Assembly (NCBI GenBank): GCA_965233585.1
Contig: CBDDTI010000193.1
Location: forward strand, 1 to 24,792
Reading direction: 5' to 3'
From: a bacterium
Lineage (GTDB): Bacteria > SAR324 > NAC60-12
DNA length: 24,792 nucleotides
Made by a program: the position numbers and the translations under genes. The notes under the pieces were generated by a model that made no database searches, had not been told where the DNA came from, and worked only from the letters and a program-made list of their open reading frames with translations. Shown here piece by piece: positions 17,701 through 24,792 of this stretch (positions are counted from its first letter, which is position 1; the number at the start of each line of letters is the position of its first letter).

Positions 17701-18052
17701 TAGGAAGATCGAAATTGTCCCGGATTATCCTGCCAATATTGGCCACCTGGCCAAACTGGAAGATGAAACCAGAGGACAAGAGGAAGTCCAACTCTCTTCC
17801 GCCATGAAGACCAACTTCACGGTTCAGCTCCCTCGAGAAGATCCGCAGGAAGATTCCGAAATTGACATCCTCACTGGGGAAATCAAGAACCCCAAAACGG
17901 TGCCAATGCAATTTTCCTTTCAAGCCAATTTAGTTCTTGAAGATCACCAGCGCTTTGCACAAGAAGTCCTGAAGCTGGAACCCGATTCCTGGGACCGCAC
18001 AAAGGTTGAAAGCAATCCCTGTCTATTCTACCATGCGTATTTTCTGGACTAG
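14768..18052 (+). CDS. gag: Gag-like protein (Ty3/Gypsy type) with a long acidic/Pro/Ser-rich C-terminal extension, 1094 aa
   Basis: Capsid-like motifs FTGQD..FPEWVAQF, LLRDKA, QREDMPVQDYAIRIEQL and DRFINGL, then a knuckle WCTLHKTDKHSNADC (Cx2Hx4Hx4C). Confidence 0.8.
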   Translation: MQRDDDPVAGAKAAGPSTISDVLATLQLSDDSEAQVTSFVDSLAQGLSGPRFRKLLTYILKLVELNRSKYETLRSEQARFIDLATSNRDELNQILTVLQERLPPVAPVPRVPAVPAVATQPFQAPLPAVPAMATQPSQATLPNIPAVAPQVSQSTEPPAPMAPASAPVQPSAFQAVPPPSAPQAAGMGYFAAPATFTPSIPNQDGTVSRRMDQVGNNVIVTFSGDDEMASKKAKLFRSSAKYDIFTGQDMSKFPEWVAQFLSGVNLFQPTEPNACRIALHLLRDKAAEMSKNVSQQVTMRNLQELLTTLDRIFNTSGNRIVAVGLFNSFTQREDMPVQDYAIRIEQLFYRAYPGMNPDLSIFLMDRFINGLISTDVKQRLRIPPQPSYLREAVEKAMSLTAAIYHGDQIMKQRSMAWKMAASASNPLNTKSSKNPRGHIQMIETPEDTPATVQVIRKWCTLHKTDKHSNADCRAQKETAPSSTATATASKKCPKGSEKRKAKSRKLRFKSTSDKKKFLRSIEDTEGVSLESASSDDEDVVEQSLMQLDPVSGGTTDEEEEGELHILMLDPDSLLDDPDINMDSVFLDPSASTEALDSGVSGIRLEGEKADSPMSMKAGCSSSGFSPLDTALLNTAMNTPVAPVPTVKDEKNPFSPEQYPNVEEDMFPPLASNIINPEASAVESLPNQNYLLFGVYYQPVPPPHNVVVTHSTVPRPDLVPAPLGPLLNVHLPVAASEIPLPATATDTETNGSDLSVPLVEVAPTSAAIADTAAKTPANPDPKEDKEFAVPKEPSSSGSTKTHRKARPRSRSSSSPNSEPSQAPRPQGVSPSDSLTNAKRVRGIGRGKAKEAANVMPMPSSNLLTGAVALENIRITVPTGGGSRKIEIVPDYPANIGHLAKLEDETRGQEEVQLSSAMKTNFTVQLPPSDSLTNAKQVRGVGRGKAKEAANVMPMPSSNLLTGAVALENIRITVPTGGGSRKIEIVPDYPANIGHLAKLEDETRGQEEVQLSSAMKTNFTVQLPREDPQEDSEIDILTGEIKNPKTVPMQFSFQANLVLEDHQRFAQEVLKLEPDSWDRTKVESNPCLFYHAYFLD
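17251..17832 (+). repeat. In-frame 291-bp (97-aa) tandem duplication in gag
   Basis: 17251-17541 versus 17542-17832; two substitutions seen (R/Q, I/V). Confidence 0.93.
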
Positions 18053-18388
18053 CAGAAACTTAACGAAGTTTTGCAGAGAAGTACTGTCCGGATCCAACAG
18101 TTCAACGTCAAGGTCACGAGGCAATCATCCGACAAGGACACTTCCGCCAGCAGTCGACACAATAGGGAGAAGCTGGAAGCTAAATTTAAGGTAGCTATCA
18201 GTAATCTTTATAATGCTTTGAGGATGCTTTCCAGTTCGAAAGCTCTGACTTCATTGAGGACCTCAGCAGCCATTTGGTCAAACACGCGGTCGCTCAAATC
18301 ACCAGCCTTTTTGCCAGCTCCCGCTGTCGCACTTGCTACCGCGGCCGCCGTATGGACGCCGCTTGGAGACTTCGCAGGTTCGAGACCC
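18053..18388 (+). pseudogene. In-frame continuation of the gag ORF beyond a TAG, cut by the BEL LTR
   Basis: Same frame as 14768 and open from 18053 into the LTR, where it stops at 18403. Confidence 0.55.
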
Positions 18389-19119
18389 TGTAGGATTTCT
18401 TAGCTTGTCCTTTGTCCTTTTGTGTCTAAGATTCCTAACTATTACAGTGTAAACCGGTCCTTACAGGGTAAACATTACCATCCAACCTTGTATCCATCAC
18501 AATTAATATCAACCTTGAGAAAGGGTCCATATCCTCACAAAAAAGGGTAATTGCAATAGAGTTTATTGCGACCTTGTACCTTAAAATATTCTCTGTAAAA
18601 CCATAGGAGATGACATTTAGAAGGTTGGCGTTTAAATGACCGTCTTCCCTCAGGTGAAATTATATTTGTATTGTGCACGATCGTAAAAACCTCGAGAAAC
18701 CATTTTTTGTCCCATTTTTTGTATGCAATCCTTGATTTCTAATTTTTTACTTATTTAACCTTTGTAAACGGCATATGCGCAAGGAATTGCAGGTAATGAG
18801 TTTTACGCTTCCCTGGCCCTTGTTCAGCGTAAAACACCCTTGGAAAATCATATATAAAGAAGACCCTGATCCAGTCTTCGTCAGTCACTTATTTACCATC
18901 CCCATTTCAGCAATATGGTAGTCTCGAGTATTTCCCTCACATAGTACTACAATAATATCTGTGTCAACTTATTGCCGGTATAAGGTGAGAAAATACAACA
19001 CGAGATTTTACTTTGCTCGAAATTGCGTGGCTCACCAAGATATCGTTCCGGGTTTATTTTAGCTAGGCGCGAGTTTTCAAACTGGTCTGCTTTGATATTC
19101 TTTGGAAAGATATCCAACA
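18389..19119 (+). mobile_element. 5' LTR of the BEL/Pao element (731 bp)
   Basis: TGTAGGATTTCTT...AAGATATCCAACA are inverted termini (11/13); TATATAAAG at 18851; followed by TT-TGG (candidate PBS at 19122) and the gag ATG at 19201. Confidence 0.7.
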
Positions 19120-19200
19120 TTTGGAGCATCACGGTCCGGAAAGGACATCAATTCTGGCCTTTTACAAATCCACTGAACCAACTAATTCAGCAATACCATC

Positions 19201-21279
19201 ATGGCTGAAAAAGATGCAAAGCTCCAAGACATAGAGGATGTGGAAATCGAAGATCTTCAAGCCGAGGATGAAGAGCCTGTTTCCTCTGTTTATGTATTGG
19301 CAGGAGAGGCCTTCTCGATTTCTAAAGATAGCCAAAAGACTATCGATATGCTGTCTGAACAGCTACAAGAGGCCCTCCCTGACACTGGACAGAGATTGAC
19401 AGACATGGGAAGAATTGTCGACCGGGTGCAAACCCTAATGTCTACCAACTTCAGGGATATCAGGAGCCCCAGAAAGCTTAAGGAGAAGGCCAAGAGTCTT
19501 AGGACTACCCTCAGGCGCAGGATTACTGAACTAAGTAAGAAGATCCTGCCCAAGCTTGAGGAAATTGACCCTCCGCAAGCCGAAGTGGGAGCTAAGATAG
19601 AAGCACTCAATGAGGCTACAATCGAGCGCCAGCGACTTCTAACAGACAAGGCGGCCTTGACACTCATCCTACGGAGGGACATGACCGACGATGAAGCGGT
19701 AGTGGACGTTGCTCGAAGAAAAGATAGAGTTGAGGTGGCGAACAGCCTGATACAGCAAGCCAGAGTCTGGGTCAACGAATATGGTCCAGGAGAGGGCAAT
19801 CCTGGAGGCAAATTGTTGGTGCTGGGATCAGAAGACGTCGCAGAAGTCGATAAGGATTACGATACATCGGTGGCTAAGTTAGAGGAGATCGATGAACAAC
19901 AAGGTCAACTCCCTAAGTCGGTCGGAAAAGAGCCCTCCCCAAGATTGATTTCGCCGGAGCCGAGCAAACGTCCAGCGTTTACATCTACCCCTTATCAGCC
20001 TGACTTTCAACCCATGTCTCCGCAAACTGCTCCGAGAGTTGCGAGGAAGGTTAGCTTTGGGGAAGATACAAACTTGGGTAAGCAATCGACAGCGGAAGGA
20101 GGGGCTAGAAAATACCAGGATACTCCCACACGCAAACCTACCTATAGGGATCATAAAGAGGAGTACTATAGGTATCAGAACCAGAGTCAAACAGATTTGC
20201 CTTTGTTTCCCGAAGATCTTTCGGGATCTGGATCTGGATCTTCGGAGTATTTTACGGCCAATGACGAATCTTTCAAATCCTCGGTACATGCTGAAGATGA
20301 TAACGCATTTACACAGACTCTTAAGAACCTCTCAAACAGCATCATTGTCCAGTACAATCAACCATCCGCCAATGAGAAGGTTCCAAAGTTCGACGGAGAC
20401 TATACCAAGTGGAACGCCTTTTGGCAGGCATTCACAGTCCTCGTCGACAAGAATCCCAAGGTACCTGTTATCTCAAAGCTCAACAAGTTGAATCAGGCAG
20501 TTGAAGGTGAGGCAGCGGCAGTCATTTCAATGTTCGAGTTCAACGAAGAAAGCTATGAATTAGCGAAGATGGCTTTGATCAACGAGTACGGGGATCCGGC
20601 ACTTTGTGCCAACAAGATGTTAAGAGATTTGCAGAATCTCGAAAGGGTGAAGGCCAATGATGTGGAGGGTCTTTGGAATCTCCATATCAGAAGCAAACAA
20701 TTGGTTCTCCGGGTTCAGGGTTTGTATCCGACAATTATGGCGCAACCCATCTTGATGACTTCTACTATTGAGAACAAGATGAGTCCAGAATGTCTGTACA
20801 AATGGGAAGAGGAGAACACTAGGAGGAAAAGGGATCTATCACTTCTGCCGCCAGACAAACAGTTACAATGGACACTCAATTGGCTGGGTGACTATATCCA
20901 AACTTGTAAGAGGTCTACCATAAAAATGAATATGGGCGACGACAAAGCCAAGAAGAGCTCCAACGGAAGCAAGAATGGTGGTAATGGAGGGGCGGTTCCC
21001 AAGACCCTGAACAATTTCTTCACCATGGCGGAACAGAAGATTCAGCAGGAGCAGTCAGACAAGTGCATCTTCTGTGGAGGCAACCATTTCGCTGGCAAGT
21101 GTCGCAAGAACATTACTGCTAATGCGGCCGTGGAGAAGGCTAAGAAGGCAAAAGCTTGCCTTAATTGCCTAAAGCCTGGACACTTTGTCAGGGATTGTCA
21201 ACAGAGTGGATGCAAGGAGGCGGGGTGTAACGGCAAACATCATGTGAAACTTCATGGAGGTGATTTTCGGTTGAAGTGA
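19201..21279 (+). CDS. gag: BEL/Pao Gag, 692 aa, intact
   Basis: PKFDGDYTKWNAFWQAF (DUF1759-like); knuckles CIFCGGNHFAGKC, CLNCLKPGHFVRDC and CKEAGCNGKHHVKLH. Confidence 0.9.
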   Translation: MAEKDAKLQDIEDVEIEDLQAEDEEPVSSVYVLAGEAFSISKDSQKTIDMLSEQLQEALPDTGQRLTDMGRIVDRVQTLMSTNFRDIRSPRKLKEKAKSLRTTLRRRITELSKKILPKLEEIDPPQAEVGAKIEALNEATIERQRLLTDKAALTLILRRDMTDDEAVVDVARRKDRVEVANSLIQQARVWVNEYGPGEGNPGGKLLVLGSEDVAEVDKDYDTSVAKLEEIDEQQGQLPKSVGKEPSPRLISPEPSKRPAFTSTPYQPDFQPMSPQTAPRVARKVSFGEDTNLGKQSTAEGGARKYQDTPTRKPTYRDHKEEYYRYQNQSQTDLPLFPEDLSGSGSGSSEYFTANDESFKSSVHAEDDNAFTQTLKNLSNSIIVQYNQPSANEKVPKFDGDYTKWNAFWQAFTVLVDKNPKVPVISKLNKLNQAVEGEAAAVISMFEFNEESYELAKMALINEYGDPALCANKMLRDLQNLERVKANDVEGLWNLHIRSKQLVLRVQGLYPTIMAQPILMTSTIENKMSPECLYKWEEENTRRKRDLSLLPPDKQLQWTLNWLGDYIQTCKRSTIKMNMGDDKAKKSSNGSKNGGNGGAVPKTLNNFFTMAEQKIQQEQSDKCIFCGGNHFAGKCRKNITANAAVEKAKKAKACLNCLKPGHFVRDCQQSGCKEAGCNGKHHVKLHGGDFRLK

Positions 21280-24200
21280 CAACTAGTCAGCCAGGAGCCA
21301 TCTGAAAATGAAGAAGTAGTGAATGACATAACTTGTTTTAGTTCTATTTTAAATGATGAAAATGAAGTGCACCTGCCTATTGTCAGAGGCTTTCTGGCTG
21401 GACCCGTAGAAATTCCCGTAAACATCATGCTAGACACAGGATCAACCGTAAACTTTATTAGCAAAAGGCAGGTAAGCAGATTTGCGACGTATTACAATGT
21501 TGACGAGAGTTCTTGGTTGATCGAGGTAGCGGATAACTTAGAGATTAACTTGCAAAGTCTCAATACATCACGCGATATGAAGGCGCAATTACTTAAGTTT
21601 AGGTTAACTAAGCCGGCCAACAATTGGGTCGAGGCAATTGTTATGGATGACATCCATCCATTTCCAAGGTTAGAGTTAGATGAAATCATTACTCGGTCTT
21701 ATGAAATGAATGGTCCATTTCCGCGCTCAGAGGGATCAGTAGACATATTATTGGGTGTCGCCGATTCGTTAAAGTTATTAAAGAGGTAACATATTTTCTT
21801 GAAGAAATCCTTTGCTTTACTGTCCACAGTTTACGGATACGTGCCCTGTGGGAGTCAACCGGTAAAGGCTTTGACGGACCCCAATTATGTCCCATCTGTT
21901 CCCGTTAGCTCGAATATGACGTCGACAGAGGCGTTAACAAAAGCTATGGAGAAAATGTGGGAAATGGATAGATTACCTATGGATGATTCACCCACGTCGT
22001 TAACCAAAGATGAATTAATTGCGGTTTCTAAAATAAAAGACACACTGTCTTTCCACAAAGGCCTTAAACGGTTCGTCACCGGTCTGTTGTGGAGAGCGTA
22101 GCCAGACCTGGTCAGCAATTTTGCGAGTGCATGTAATAGGCTGGATTCGTTAATGAGAAAGTTGAGACAAAATCCAGAGCTTAGGCACGCCTATCGCGAG
22201 GCTATGGAAGAGTATATCCGCAGCCGGGTGGTAGAAAGGGTAGATGACCCTGCTGCAGCGGACCTCAGTCGCACCGACGTTTATTATCTTCCACACCGTG
22301 CAGTCTATGATGTTTCGAGGGTCTCCACTAAGTGTAGAATCGTCTTTGACGCCTCAGCAAAGTCTCCAAACAAAAAGAGTCTGAATGACAACCTTGTTTG
22401 TGGTCCTCTGCTACAATTAAATATCTTAGCAATTGAATTGAGATTTCGAACTAAAAGATACGCTTTGATTGGGGATATAGGTAAGATGTTCTTGCAAATC
22501 AAGGTCATAGAGGAGGACCGAGACTATTTGAGATTTTTTTGGAAAGACCCTGAGAGACCAGGAGAACTGGAAGTATGGAGATGGAACTCCTTGATTTTCG
22601 GAGCTGCTGATAGTCCTTTCCAGGCCATTACGGCCATTAAGACTTTAGTGCAGATGAAAAGGAAATGGGGTAATCGAACAAAAGGTGTGCGATGTGTTAG
22701 ATAATAATACTTACGTAGAAGATCTGACGATCGCTGGGGATACCATCACAGAAGTCCACGCCATACATGAGGGGATTGTGGAGCTTCTAGGCGAGGCCAA
22801 TTTCCAAGTTAAGAAATGGGCCTCAAATTCTCAGACTCTTCTGAAAAAACTGGATCCCTCAACCTTGGCCCCCACAGAGGTGGATTTGCATTCCACCTAT
22901 GAGAATATTGTTAGTAGTGATACAACCACGTTAGGGGTACAGTGGGAACCGAGAACTGACCGTATTCACTACGCCCGATGTAGGGAGGGTGCAAAGGACG
23001 ATGAAAACACTATGAGGAGTGTGGCGTCTTTGCTCGGGAGACCTTTTGACCCTATCGGGCTTTTGTCCCCCTTCATATTGCAAGCTCGGTTGATAATAAA
23101 AGAATGTCACTTGCTTGGTATGAAGTGGTCGGATACTCTTCCACAAGAACTGCAACCGCGGTGGAAGAGATGGGTGGGACAATTGCAGTATCTGGGAAAC
23201 GTGCACTTCGCCAGGTATGTCCCACTCTTGGATGACTCCCTTATTGTGATATTTAGCGATGCCAGCGAGTGCGGACACGGCGCGGTCGCCTATTGTCACA
23301 CCTTTGATGAGAAGGAGGGGAGGTGGGTGCCAAATATTCTGTGTGCGCGAAGCAGAGTTGTACCCACAAAGAAAATGCTCACTATCCCAAAGAAGGAGCT
23401 TGCAGGGTGTCTAGTCGCTGCGGAGTTAGGACAGTTCTTGCATGAAGAATTGCAGATCTCGAAAGAGCGAATGCGTTTCTTTTGTGACTCAGAAGTCTGT
23501 CTTTTCCAGTTGACTAAGAACCCCAGTTACCTCCAACCCTTTACCGTGAATAGAGTAGAGAAAATTCAGGCTTGGGGATTTTCTTTCCAGTACGTCAGTA
23601 CCTGTGATAATCCAGCAGATATTTGCTCTAGGGGATGTGACGCGCTCACCCTTAACTCAGAATTTTGGCAGCATGGACCTAAGTGGTTGTCTTTACCTGA
23701 GAAGGAGTGGCCAACCCCAAAAGTAGATTTCTCAAAGATTGATAGAATGGAGGGAATGCGAAAGAAACACATTTTCACCTTTTCTACATTGGCTTCTTTA
23801 ACTACTCCTTTGCAACATCCTGTGAACAAAGAATGCACCGTAGGCAACAGCAGACGTTGGCCTACAACAGCTGAATTACTTCAAATTGGCAAAAATGATC
23901 GGATTTCTTTTGAAAAATATTACTCTGAATACAGGATGTTGATAAAATGGACTGCATGGGTTTTCTTTGTTTTAAGGAAATGGCACGATCGTTTAAACTG
24001 TACGAAATCTGATACCTCATTAATACTACCCGGCCAAATTGACAGGTCAAAGGCAGAGATTTATTGGATAAGAATTTCGCAAGAAAAATATTTCGAAAAT
24101 GAGCTCAAATGTCTTCAAGAAAGAAATAATCTCCCTTTAAATTCAAAGATTATAGGACTTTCTCCTTTCCTTGATGACATGGAAATCATGAGAGTAGGAG

Positions 24201-24792
24201 GACGATTGGCCTTTTCTGACTTAGATAATGAACAAAAGAACCCTATTCTTTTAGCAAAAGACAGTTTTCTTACAAAGATGTTAGTTCTGGATTATCATGA
24301 GCGTCATCATCACACAGGGGTTGACCAGACGCACTTCGGGTTAAGGGAGAGGTTTTGGATCTTACAATCGCGACATCTGATATGGAAGCTTCTACGCACT
24401 TGCGTAAAATGTCGCCGCATTACTAGTCAGCCTTACGCACCTTTAATGGGCAATTTACCTGAGGGACGCCTCTCTCTCAGACACTGAGCCTCCGTGGACA
24501 CACGTGGGGGTTGACCTCACGGGGGCTATTCAGCTGAGACGAGTGGGTAGACGAACTATTACTCCCGAGAAGGCCTACATTGTGTTGTACACCTGTTTGG
24601 CTACTCGTGGCGTTTACCTCGACTTGATGATAACTAACAAGACCGAGGACTTCTTGTTATCATTCAAAAGGCTCTGTGGGGAGTTGGGCACTCCCAAGTA
24701 TTTATACAGCGATCAAGCCGGCTATTTTGTTCGCCAAGGATGAGCTTAAAGAATCTCATGAGAACATGGAAGAAGGATTAAGAACATTGCAT
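21280..24792 (+). pseudogene. pol: BEL/Pao pol (protease, RT, RNase H, integrase), disrupted
   Basis: LDTGS and DILLG (PR); YYLPHRAV, RIVFDAS, GDIGKMFLQI and YVED for YVDD (RT); FSDAS, TIPKKEL, FCDS and NPADICSRG (RNase H); H..HHH..CVKC and GVDLTG..SDQA (IN). In-frame stops at 21787 and 22099; frameshifts near 22660, 24475 and 24732. Confidence 0.92.

Larger units (their letters stand above)
13529..18388 (+). mobile_element. Ty3/Gypsy-like LTR retrotransposon, 5' part, interrupted by the BEL/Pao element
   Basis: LTR, PBS and gag in order; no pol domains are seen before 18389, so the superfamily call rests on gag features only. Confidence 0.65.
18389..24792 (+). mobile_element. BEL/Pao LTR retrotransposon, runs off the window
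   Basis: LTR, DUF1759-type gag with three Cys-His knuckles, then PR-RT-RNase H-IN with BEL/Pao-type motifs. Confidence 0.93.

Noticed and set aside
14768..21279. Single retrotransposon carrying two different gag genes
   Set aside because: An LTR-like segment with inverted termini (18389-19119) separates them, so nesting is simpler; not fully excluded without the downstream sequence.

Overview
Eukaryotic (probably invertebrate animal) genomic DNA made almost entirely of mobile elements. (1) Positions 1 to about 10657 are the right part of a Polinton/Maverick-like (adintovirus-like) DNA element. Its protein-primed family-B DNA polymerase gene is interrupted by four short GT-AG introns (55-74 nt); removing them rebuilds the Exo II motif and polymerase motif A and gives an open 1103-aa frame. 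The polymerase N-terminal zinc-finger/GSGW part is a separate ORF offset by -1 nt. Downstream are an A32/FtsK-like packaging ATPase, a small QxGG-amphipathic-helix protein, a zinc-finger protein with Lys-rich repeats, a palindrome, a 61-bp tandem array and a candidate CTACT terminus. A divergent minus-strand gene also has an intron. No capsid, protease or integrase gene of this element is recognisable in the window. (2) About 10660-12390 looks like host DNA, with a candidate signal-peptide exon on the minus strand. (3) 12392-24792 is an LTR-retrotransposon nest. It contains an isolated LTR-like sequence, a small decayed antisense gene, and a Ty3/Gypsy-like element with an unusually long gag ORF whose 5' LTR carries a tRNA-headed SINE-like insert flanked by a 166-bp perfect duplication. 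A BEL/Pao element is inserted at 18389, with an intact gag ending in a TGA-CAA-CTA readthrough-type context and a decayed pol. All assignments come from manual motif recognition; no searches were run.
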